From positions 5,305 through 69,304 of the forward strand of contig CAYXGG010000007.1 in the NCBI GenBank assembly GCA_964464475.1: a DNA stretch of 64,000 nucleotides, read 5' to 3'. The DNA is from an uncultured Planctomycetales bacterium. GTDB taxonomy: Bacteria > Omnitrophota > Gorgyraeia > Zapsychrales > JAHFFX01. Shown piece by piece: positions 47,414-54,891 of this stretch. Made by a program: the position numbers and the translations under genes. The notes beneath the pieces are model-generated. The model was not told where the DNA came from. It did not search any database and saw nothing but the letters and a program-made list of their open reading frames with translations. How positions within the stretch are numbered: the first letter of the stretch is position 1; every line of letters starts with the position of its first letter.

Positions 47414-47961
47414 GGTTTGATCAGACTGAGAAATTCTGCCCGCGTTGAAATTTCTTTTCTAAACGATCCCAGCATATAGGACGTTTTCATCATGGAGTTT
47501 TGTTTTTCAACACCCCGCATCATCATGCATAAATGTTTGGCTTCAATGACGACCCCAACACCTTTCGCATCCAAGGCGTTCATCAAAGTGACGGCAATTT
47601 CTTTAGTTAAATTTTCTTGAACTTGCAGTCGCCGAGCGAAGACGTCTACGATGCGGGCGACTTTGGAGAGGCCGATGATTTTTCCATTTGGAATATAGCC
47701 TACGTGGCATTTGCCAAAGAAAGGCAGCAGGTGATGTTCGCACAGAGAATACAGTTCGATGTCCTTAACTACCACCATTTCGTCATCATCAGAGGAGAAA
47801 ATGGCGTTGTTAATGACTTGTTTGATGTCTTTTTGGTAGCCTCCAGTAATAAATTTTAGAGCTTGGGCCGCACGCTCGGGTGTTTTAGCCAGGCCTTCTC
47901 TCTTGGGATTTTCCCCAAGAGCAATTAAGATTTTTTTGTATTGTTCTGCGATATTAGTCAT
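47410..47961 (-). CDS. folE: GTP cyclohydrolase I
   Basis: 183 aa with the CEHHLLPF...GKCHVGYIP zinc/active-site motifs. Confidence 0.9.
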   Translation of the reverse strand: MTNIAEQYKKILIALGENPKREGLAKTPERAAQALKFITGGYQKDIKQVINNAIFSSDDDEMVVVKDIELYSLCEHHLLPFFGKCHVGYIPNGKIIGLSKVARIVDVFARRLQVQENLTKEIAVTLMNALDAKGVGVVIEAKHLCMMMRGVEKQNSMMKTSYMLGSFRKEISTRAEFLSLIKP

Positions 47962-48093
47962 GTGAGGGTCCTTGTTTGCCTTATATGAGTATGGCGAATC
48001 TTAGCATAGTGCGGTGGGAGTGTCAAAAAATACTCCTCGAGAATTTTGGGTCTATGCTATACTGACTTTCTTAAAAAATAGGAAATAATATAA

Positions 48094-48909
48094 ATGCGAT
48101 CCCCAACCGTTGATTATCACCTGCATACTCCCCTCTGCGGTCACGCGACCGGAGAGCCCTGGGAATATGTTGAACAAGGCCTTAAGGTTGGTCTTGCTGA
48201 AATGGGTTTTTCAGATCACGCTCCCTTGCTTTCTCACCGAGATCCTACGATTACCATGGGTCGAGAACAATTGCCGGGCTATTTGCGTATGATTCAAGAT
48301 GTGCAAGCTCGGTATGCCAAGCAAATTCGGATCAAAATTGCTTTGGAAGCGGATTTTCTGCCTGGTTATGAAGAGCAAACGAAGGAATTGCTGGCAACCT
48401 TTGATTATGACTACATCATCGGATCCGTGCACTTTATTCGTCGCTGGGCTTTTGATGATCCGGCCGAACGAGATCGTTGGAATCAAGAAGATATTAATAA
48501 AGTGTATCGAACCTATTTTGACCTATTACGGCAAAGTGCCCGGTCTAAGTTATTTGATATTATGGGGCACGTGGATTTAGTTAAAAAATTTGGTCATCGC
48601 CCTACTGAAGACATGACCGGTGAAGTGAAAGAAACAGCAAAGGTCTTTAAACAATGCGGTGTCGCTGTTGAGATTAACACCTCAGGATTAAGGAAACCCG
48701 TTAGGGAGATGTATCCTGCCCCCGGGATGCTAAAAATATATCGTGAAGCTGGTGTCCCGCTGACCTTTGGTTCGGATGCGCATACCCCGCAGGATGTGGG
48801 TAAGGATTTTGATCAGGCGTTAGCCTTAGCCAGGGCGGCAGGCTACAGAGAACATTGTATTTTTACGCAAAGAAAGATTGAGCGCGTTGTCCAACTTGAT
48901 TTAGTTTGA
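48094..48909 (+). CDS. PHP-family phosphoesterase (histidinol-phosphatase HisJ family)
   Basis: 271 aa with the YHLHTPLCGHA N-terminal His motif and PHP metal ligands (DH, GSVH, GH.D). No other his genes are nearby. Confidence 0.7.
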   Translation: MRSPTVDYHLHTPLCGHATGEPWEYVEQGLKVGLAEMGFSDHAPLLSHRDPTITMGREQLPGYLRMIQDVQARYAKQIRIKIALEADFLPGYEEQTKELLATFDYDYIIGSVHFIRRWAFDDPAERDRWNQEDINKVYRTYFDLLRQSARSKLFDIMGHVDLVKKFGHRPTEDMTGEVKETAKVFKQCGVAVEINTSGLRKPVREMYPAPGMLKIYREAGVPLTFGSDAHTPQDVGKDFDQALALARAAGYREHCIFTQRKIERVVQLDLV

Positions 48910-48965
48910 AATTTTGAAGAAATTGAGTCTTGCGCTCAATTGGAACCAAATATGAGGATAAGGAA

Positions 48966-49427
48966 ATGATAAAAATTCAAGGCATTGATCACGTTGCGTT
49001 TAATGTGCGGGATTTGGATCAAGCGGTGAAGTTTTATACGGAAGTTATTGGTCTGCGAGTAACGCAGCGCGAGCCATCCAAACCGGGCATTGAGTACTTC
49101 TTGGATTGTGGGCCCTCTCTCCTCGGAATTATTCAGGCGAAGGATTTGAGCAATAATCATCCTTTTGAAAATGAAGGTCTGGGGGCCAATCATTTTTCTT
49201 TTCGTGTTCACGCTAGTGATTTTGACCCCATGATTGCCCAACTCGAGCGGCATCACGTGCGCATTGAGTTTGCCAAAAAACGCGAAAAAAGTTGGTCGTT
49301 ATATTTTTATGATTTAGACAATAATAAACTGGAAGTCACGGCTTGGCCTCGGGAAGACGGTTTGACCGAGCAAGAATTAGTTAAAGCGATTTATGATCCT
49401 AAAAAGAAAAGTTGGCAATCCTATTAA
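48966..49427 (+). CDS. VOC-family protein (glyoxalase/bleomycin resistance/extradiol dioxygenase fold)
   Basis: Start set at MIKIQGIDHVAFNVRDLDQAVKFY (ATG 48966, AAGGA SD). The tracked ORF starts at an upstream TTG. Confidence 0.7.
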   Translation: MIKIQGIDHVAFNVRDLDQAVKFYTEVIGLRVTQREPSKPGIEYFLDCGPSLLGIIQAKDLSNNHPFENEGLGANHFSFRVHASDFDPMIAQLERHHVRIEFAKKREKSWSLYFYDLDNNKLEVTAWPREDGLTEQELVKAIYDPKKKSWQSY

Positions 49428-49515
49428 TTTGATAATCGTAGTAGGACTGAGTCTCCCCCGCTTCAGTTAGGTGGGGGTACTTGTCCCGAACGCAGATATC
49501 ATCAAGGAGGATATG

Positions 49516-49998
49516 ATGGCTCAGATCAAAGAAGGTGATTTAGCTCCAGATTTTACATTAGCTGCCAGCACGGGTAAGAACATTTCACTCAAAAATTATC
49601 GGGGTAAAAAGAACGTCGTTCTGTATTTTTATCCTAAAGACGATACTCCGGGTTGTACGGTGGAAGCTTGTAATTTTCGAGACGCTATCCAGCATATTGA
49701 AGATAAAGACACAGTCGTTTTAGGTGTCAGTCCAGACAGTGTTAGCAGCCATCAGAAGTTTATTGAAAAATTCAACCTTCCTTTTTTGCTGTTGAGTGAT
49801 CCGGAGAAGAGAATGCTGACCGACTACGGTGTTTGGGTAGAGAAATCCATGTATGGACGTAAATACATGGGAGTGGAACGAACTACGTTTATCATTAATA
49901 AAGATGGCAAAGTCAGTAAAGTTTTTAAGAAAGTCCAACCCAAAAGTCATCATGAAGAAGTTTTGGAGTCGCTAAGCTTATTGCTGGCCGCGAGCTAA
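49516..49998 (+). CDS. bcp: Thiol peroxidase Bcp (peroxiredoxin, AhpC/TSA family)
   Basis: Start at MAQIKEGDLAPDF (AGGAGG SD 5 nt upstream). The peroxidatic Cys motif is YFYPKDDTPGCTVEAC. Confidence 0.85.
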   Translation: MAQIKEGDLAPDFTLAASTGKNISLKNYRGKKNVVLYFYPKDDTPGCTVEACNFRDAIQHIEDKDTVVLGVSPDSVSSHQKFIEKFNLPFLLLSDPEKRMLTDYGVWVEKSMYGRKYMGVERTTFIINKDGKVSKVFKKVQPKSHHEEVLESLSLLLAAS

Positions 49999-50627
49999 GG
50001 CTGGATGATGATCTCTGCGTTAGGTCCGCTTTCAAAAACAGGATTAATGCCGTATTCTTTAGAGCGTGGACCAAGTAACGTGTCGACTCGATTGCGGATA
50101 ATATCTTGGTTAGGAATCCGATCTTGATTAGGGAACGCTAATGCGCGTAATCCATTATCGATTTCTACGATATTAGGGTTAAGCGTCGCGTTATTGGCGC
50201 TGGCGGTGGTAACAATATTAGGAAATTTAAGGACCGTGATATCGTTGGGCGTCGGTTTCCGACGACGAATCTTGAGCGCTTCGCGGGCAATGGCTTCGCG
50301 TAGTTTTCGTACTTCTTCCTCCCTCTTTTCGTTGTCCAATCGCTGATCATTGAGCATTGCTCTTAATTGAAAAGCTAGCCCTTGCATTTTAAAGGAAGCA
50401 AATTGATTGGGATAGTATTGTTCCATGAAGAAAAGTGCTTCCGGATTTTGATTGAGTTGTTCCCATGAATTTTTGAGTATTGCTTCGTCCGTTTGAACCA
50501 ACGCGGATAGATAGTTGTTGATGAGTGAGCGTTTATCTTCTTCAGTCAACGCCATGCTGGTGGGTAAAAGTAAGCAATTTATACTTAAGAATATTGAGAG
50601 TATACAAAGTTGTCGCATAGAGCCCAA
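49995..50627 (-). CDS. Hypothetical secreted protein (signal peptide), 210 aa
   Basis: Signal peptide MRQLCILSIFLSINCLLLPTSMA, then a helical charged region (EEVRKLREAIAREALKIRRRK). No recognisable domain. Confidence 0.45.
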   Translation of the reverse strand: MGSMRQLCILSIFLSINCLLLPTSMALTEEDKRSLINNYLSALVQTDEAILKNSWEQLNQNPEALFFMEQYYPNQFASFKMQGLAFQLRAMLNDQRLDNEKREEEVRKLREAIAREALKIRRRKPTPNDITVLKFPNIVTTASANNATLNPNIVEIDNGLRALAFPNQDRIPNQDIIRNRVDTLLGPRSKEYGINPVFESGPNAEIIIQP

Positions 50628-50703
50628 GTATAATGTGCCCGCAATGATTTTGCCAAAGATTTTACTGGCCTTTTCTCTTCCAAGAATGGTAAGGAAGCCA
50701 GCT

Positions 50704-50746
50704 TGCCCGTCCGCGGTCCGCCACGGCTCGCCCTCGGCGCGACGGG
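50704..50746 (-). other. GC-rich hairpin (GCCCGTCCGCG ... CGCGACGGGC, ~20 nt loop) in a 190 bp intergenic region
   Basis: Inverted repeat lying between the ATPase gene stop (50821) and the next gene start (50627). Confidence 0.35.
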
Positions 50747-50820
50747 CAGGCGGGTTGACTACCGTAAATCCAGAATGAGTAGTAGAAAAGCCAATAGGCT
50801 TATGGAGTGATGTGGGAAGT

Positions 50821-51363
50821 TTAGTGAAAAAGAGTTGAATAGCTGTGCCGTAGGCTTTCCCAATAGTTTCTTTTCAACTCTAGGCGAGCGAATTTTTGCG
50901 CGAAGGCGGGATGGTGGCTGGCGCAAATGATTTGGCAGCCAGCACGCGCGGCTTGGATTAACCCCTTCCGAATCCTCAGTATCCAATTCAAATCTTGCCC
51001 GGTCTCAGGTTCATCAAGGAGCAAACAATCTCCGGGTGTAAAGTTTAATAGCCCCAAGACATCTCTGAGTGTTTCTCCATGAGACGAATATCGGGCTCGG
51101 ATAGCTACCGCATTCCCCTTAAGTCCCTTAACCGTTTTACCAAATAGATGTGGATTCATTCGTTCGCCATCATAAAAATGATAGCGAGTTGGCTGGTCTT
51201 CAATCTTTTGGCAATCGTTACATTCATGGATGGCCCGAAGCAAAGTACTCTTGCCTGAGCCATTTGGGCCGATGATGCACGTAGCTCTTGAGGCAAAGCA
51301 AAATTTCTGAGGATATTTAAGGCGACCGCGATGTCGCCAACAAGGCGTAAAACCTGTTAGCAT
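50821..51363 (-). CDS. Minimal ABC-type ATPase-like protein (Walker A, Walker B, D-loop, H-loop present; helical subdomain shortened; signature degenerate)
   Basis: 180 aa with GPNGSGKSTLL (Walker A), SSHGET where LSGGQ would be, LLLDEPETGQD (Walker B and D-loop) and ICASHH (H-loop). Only about 50 aa separate Walker A and the signature, against about 95 in canonical nucleotide-binding domains. Confidence 0.55.
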   Translation of the reverse strand: MLTGFTPCWRHRGRLKYPQKFCFASRATCIIGPNGSGKSTLLRAIHECNDCQKIEDQPTRYHFYDGERMNPHLFGKTVKGLKGNAVAIRARYSSHGETLRDVLGLLNFTPGDCLLLDEPETGQDLNWILRIRKGLIQAARAGCQIICASHHPAFAQKFARLELKRNYWESLRHSYSTLFH

Positions 51364-51385
51364 AGCGTTTGTGGGGAAATTAGCG

Positions 51386-51784
51386 TTAGACGGAAATTTT
51401 TTGCAAGAAAGTCATTCTGGAAGTAAGCCAAAAGCTTAAGAAAGCTAGCGTTAATCCGCCGCCTACGCTGAAAAGCACGTAAATAATCGCGGTTTTGATG
51501 TGTCCGGACTTGATAAGGTTAAGGTTTTCCAAGGTAAACGCTGAAAAAGTAGTAAATCCTCCTAGAATTCCAGTGACCAGTAATAATTTGAGCTCATAAG
51601 TAACTGATAAGTTTTCAAAAATACCGGCTAGTCCCCCGATCAGCATTGAACCTAGTAAATTCACCGTTAATGTCGCCCAAGGGAAAGTATCTGGTTGCGC
51701 TGGCTGTAGCGCTAATCCAACCAGATAGCGACAAGCGCTGCCAAGTGCCCCACCCCCCATGACCAGTAATAGCTTATCCATCAT
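51386..51784 (-). CDS. crcB: Fluoride ion channel CrcB/FluC
   Basis: 132 aa with four TM helices, a GGALGSACRY N-terminus and a GFTTFSAF motif. Confidence 0.85.
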   Translation of the reverse strand: MMDKLLLVMGGGALGSACRYLVGLALQPAQPDTFPWATLTVNLLGSMLIGGLAGIFENLSVTYELKLLLVTGILGGFTTFSAFTLENLNLIKSGHIKTAIIYVLFSVGGGLTLAFLSFWLTSRMTFLQKISV

Positions 51785-52343
51785 CTCTTCCTGATTTTAT
51801 GGAGAAAGAATTGATGAATCTCTCAGCAAAAGGTCGTATTTTTTGCTCATCCCATTTGGGAAATTCAACGCCAACAATAATGAGTCGGTTGCCGTTTAGA
51901 ACGTTGCGGTTGATGAGTCTGTGATTTTGAAATGGATCAAGCCATTCGCTACTTACACAAAGTTTTGTTTCATTCATTAGAAATAAATGGTTTTTGTCCA
52001 AGCTGTAACCGGACTCTGCGAGCTGAAACCAGGGAATAGCCAGGATATCATTCATATCCATCGATTGTAATTTTTCCTCAGGGAGTTGGGTGGAACCGAT
52101 AAAGAAGGTGCTGCCTTGAAAAGAGCTGGTGAGGACTTCAAATTCAGTAGTTCCTGCGAGAGTTTCGGTTCTGTAATAGATTGTTTTGGGTGATTTGGGA
52201 AACGTCGCCGAAAATCCTGAAGAAGACGATTGAACATTGTTCCAGCTAGGCAGTGCGGCATTCTTATGGTGAAGAATTTGATAGTACCCCCCTCCTATTC
52301 CGGTGAGAAGTAGAATAACGAACCATAACAATTTTGCGCGCAT
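51774..52343 (-). CDS. Hypothetical membrane-anchored protein, 189 aa
   Basis: N-terminal TM (LLWFVILLLTGIGGGYY) followed by an extracytoplasmic domain of unknown family. It overlaps crcB by 11 bp. Confidence 0.45.
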   Translation of the reverse strand: MRAKLLWFVILLLTGIGGGYYQILHHKNAALPSWNNVQSSSSGFSATFPKSPKTIYYRTETLAGTTEFEVLTSSFQGSTFFIGSTQLPEEKLQSMDMNDILAIPWFQLAESGYSLDKNHLFLMNETKLCVSSEWLDPFQNHRLINRNVLNGNRLIIVGVEFPKWDEQKIRPFAERFINSFSIKSGRDDG

Positions 52344-52348
52344 AGATT

Positions 52349-53281
52349 CTAAAGATTGGGTTTATTAACGATTAAATTATCTTCGATTCTGAAAGTAACG
52401 GGTAATCCCGTTGAGAATCGAATGCTCGCCCATCCCCATGCGTAGCCAAAAAACATAAGTCCACATATGCCAGCCGGAAAAATAAGGAGTGTCTCCAAAT
52501 GTAGGTATTGACCATTTAAATTAGCATGCCATAGAGGAATATAAAGGAATGTCGTAAGAAGAAATAACATGAATGATACGCGTATCCCCGCCAGTCTTGG
52601 AAGATAGATTTTTTTATTGGCGGTTGCCGGAGAATTTAGAAGCAACGATCCTCCTAATGCGATGAGCCAGGCGGGAAAGGCATTAGTCAGAGTGTGCAGG
52701 ATATTAGGCGCAATATTAAAATCAAGAAATTCTTTGGAGAAAACCGACGCTTGACCTCGGAAGAAAATGAAGCCAGTCATTAATTTCATGCCCCAAATCC
52801 AGATGGGGCCGATCAGCACGAAAAACCAAAATAAAAAGAGTGGGAAATGGCGTTGTCCGGGTAAAAAGCATTGGCCAAATGGCTTAAGCAAGAAAAGCAC
52901 TATGATGAGCACAGAAAAAGCAGCATATAAACTGACCATCGATATCGGCACCTGAGCTTGCATGCGTTGTAGATGTGGTAACGCTAATAGGTCGTTGAGA
53001 GGTCCCAAAAATGAAACTATAATCGCCAGCCAGCGCCCTAGAGAGCGTTTTTGTAATAAGTAGATACCGGCCAAAAAACTAATTATTTCTAGTAAGAATC
53101 CCATGCCCAGATGTAGGTTAAGTGGGTAAAACTTGGGGTTTAGGAGCGCGACGATCGAGGTGAATCCCTGTGTGGCCAGGCGCGTCAATACGTATAAGAA
53201 ATGACCGATGAAATAACATCCGATGATGTTAATTAAGAAAATTCTTTTGGAATTTTTTATCGGGATTTTCTTTTGGTCCAT
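52349..53281 (-). CDS. Hypothetical polytopic membrane protein, 310 aa (about 9 TM)
   Basis: Hydrophobic throughout with W/F-rich helices. No recognisable motif. Confidence 0.45.
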   Translation of the reverse strand: MDQKKIPIKNSKRIFLINIIGCYFIGHFLYVLTRLATQGFTSIVALLNPKFYPLNLHLGMGFLLEIISFLAGIYLLQKRSLGRWLAIIVSFLGPLNDLLALPHLQRMQAQVPISMVSLYAAFSVLIIVLFLLKPFGQCFLPGQRHFPLFLFWFFVLIGPIWIWGMKLMTGFIFFRGQASVFSKEFLDFNIAPNILHTLTNAFPAWLIALGGSLLLNSPATANKKIYLPRLAGIRVSFMLFLLTTFLYIPLWHANLNGQYLHLETLLIFPAGICGLMFFGYAWGWASIRFSTGLPVTFRIEDNLIVNKPNL

Positions 53282-53604
53282 TTTTTGGCTATGTCGGGAG
53301 TCGCGGTCGTTGACGTCGAGATATTGCTAGAGGCCGGTGTCTCTAAGGGAGTCGTATTAGTATTATTCTTATTAGACGCGGATTTCTTATTTTTTCGGTT
53401 AGCTAACACGGCCGATTTTTGCATTTGCAAGTTTTTGTTGATGGACATTTCAGGAATGGATGAAGATTGATAAAAATCAGGATTATTTTGGGCGCTATCA
53501 AAAACTTTAAGCGTGCTGCGTTTGGGGGCGGGATAGTTATCTGCATGAGCAGGCGCAAGGCTCCCTAAAAGCAGAACGAGGAGTATCCCGCTTAATTTAT
53601 TCAT
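53257..53604 (-). CDS. Small secreted low-complexity (N/S/T/K-rich) protein
   Basis: Start set at MNKLSGILLVLLLGSLAPAHA (signal peptide; cat at 53602-53604). The mature part is about 95 aa. The tracked ORF has an upstream extension. Confidence 0.4.
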   Translation of the reverse strand: MNKLSGILLVLLLGSLAPAHADNYPAPKRSTLKVFDSAQNNPDFYQSSSIPEMSINKNLQMQKSAVLANRKNKKSASNKNNTNTTPLETPASSNISTSTTATPDIAKKWTKRKSR

Positions 53605-54229
53605 GTGGGGCGTCCTGGCTGGTGGCTGCGGTTGGTCGCCCAGGTGGATACCGCTCGTAGATCGTTGGTTGGCCAAATTCTTCCGCTGGAATCGCGTGTA
53701 CGAAGCGCGCAAATTGTTTAGAGGTCATTTTTAGGATACCCGTTTCCTCTTCATCAATCACCAAGGTTCGCTGTCCAGAATTTCTGACTAGGCGATCAGC
53801 GTTTTTTTGTGGCATAAACCACACCCAAAGGTCATCCCTATTAACTTTAAATTTAATGACAAAATATCCGGGTGAATTTTCTTCGCCTCGTAAGGTTTTT
53901 AGACTGGCAAAATAATCCTGGTGATGGCGGTGTATGGTCGCGCCGTAAGCGCCGGCCGTGATATTCTCGGCCTTCGCTTCTTCTAGTTGCTCGGGCTGAA
54001 AGATTTTTCCAGTTCCTTCAAGAATAATGAATTGGGGGTGCACCGGATCAGGAAAAATGGTTATTGATTTGCGGGAATCTGGGTTGACTGCGGCTTTCTC
54101 TATCCAGATGCCGTTAAGCACAGATTGTTCGTAATTGTTCTCGGTCGTTGGCAAAGGATTTTGGTTGGCTAGGCACCCGGACAGGAGCCCAACGGATAGG
54201 ATTAAAGAAATATTAATTAATTTGGACAT
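53597..54229 (-). CDS. Hypothetical lipoprotein, 210 aa
   Basis: Signal peptide with an LSGC lipobox (MSKLINISLILSVGLLSGC). Confidence 0.5.
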   Translation of the reverse strand: MSKLINISLILSVGLLSGCLANQNPLPTTENNYEQSVLNGIWIEKAAVNPDSRKSITIFPDPVHPQFIILEGTGKIFQPEQLEEAKAENITAGAYGATIHRHHQDYFASLKTLRGEENSPGYFVIKFKVNRDDLWVWFMPQKNADRLVRNSGQRTLVIDEEETGILKMTSKQFARFVHAIPAEEFGQPTIYERYPPGRPTAATSQDAPHE

Positions 54230-54324
54230 GAATTTTGATGAGTTATTTAACGAGCGTTATTTTAACACAAAGCGGATGCGTGTCTACCGTGCAGCTAGGA
54301 AATATGTGAACTCAGGAAAGCTGA

Positions 54325-54891
54325 TTATTGATTTAATTCTGCTTGAATGGCGCTGGTATTCAATCCACGGATAATTTTGGCTCCCACCCTGGTGATCGGA
54401 ATCCCTTCCCCGCCCATCTGGTCGTAGGTTGAACGTGCCTGGGGGTCGGCTTCGATATCATGTCGGCTGTAGGGAATCCCTTGGCTGTTGAGCCAGCTTT
54501 CCAGTTTCTGACAATAAGGGCACCAGGAGGTAACATAAATATCGACTGATTTCGCAACTTGGCGCGAATCGATCGGCTCTTCTCTAAACGCAGTTTCCTT
54601 GGTATTAGGAGAAGTGCTGTCAGGAGGTAAATAATGGCGGTAAATTTCTATTTTTTTGCGTTGGCTAACCTGCTGTTTCTTTTTAAGCGTTGCTTCTGGG
54701 TCCGGAGACAGCAAACTTTTTTTGAAGATGATGTCTTTGCCCTTCTCGCGAACTTTCAGCAACTTATCGGTCTCTTCGATGAGTTCACCGGTCACAACTT
54801 TGCCGGTTTTAAGTACATAAGTTTCCGCCCAAGATTTGTTTGCTTGAAATAGAATAATGATAAGAAGTAAGATGATTTTAACCATGCTCAA
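54325..54891 (-). CDS. Secreted glutaredoxin-like protein (signal peptide + N-terminal domain + CPYC glutaredoxin/NrdH-like domain)
   Basis: 188 aa. The signal peptide is MSMVKIILLLIIILFQANKSWA. The C-terminal domain IYVTSWCPYCQKLESWL...GIPITRVGAKIIRG has a glutaredoxin fold with a CPYC active site. Confidence 0.65.
   Translation of the reverse strand: MSMVKIILLLIIILFQANKSWAETYVLKTGKVVTGELIEETDKLLKVREKGKDIIFKKSLLSPDPEATLKKKQQVSQRKKIEIYRHYLPPDSTSPNTKETAFREEPIDSRQVAKSVDIYVTSWCPYCQKLESWLNSQGIPYSRHDIEADPQARSTYDQMGGEGIPITRVGAKIIRGLNTSAIQAELNQ

Noticed and set aside
50821-51363. ATPase-like ORF as a truncated ABC transporter pseudogene
   Set aside because: This is not fully rejected. The ORF is clean, with Walker A/B and H-loop in order and co-directional spacing to crcB, so I list it as a minimal ATPase. 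Only a tblastn of the flanks could exclude a decayed full-length NBD.
51785-51800. Fluoride riboswitch upstream of crcB
   Set aside because: crcB overlaps the upstream gene, so there is no non-coding space for an aptamer.
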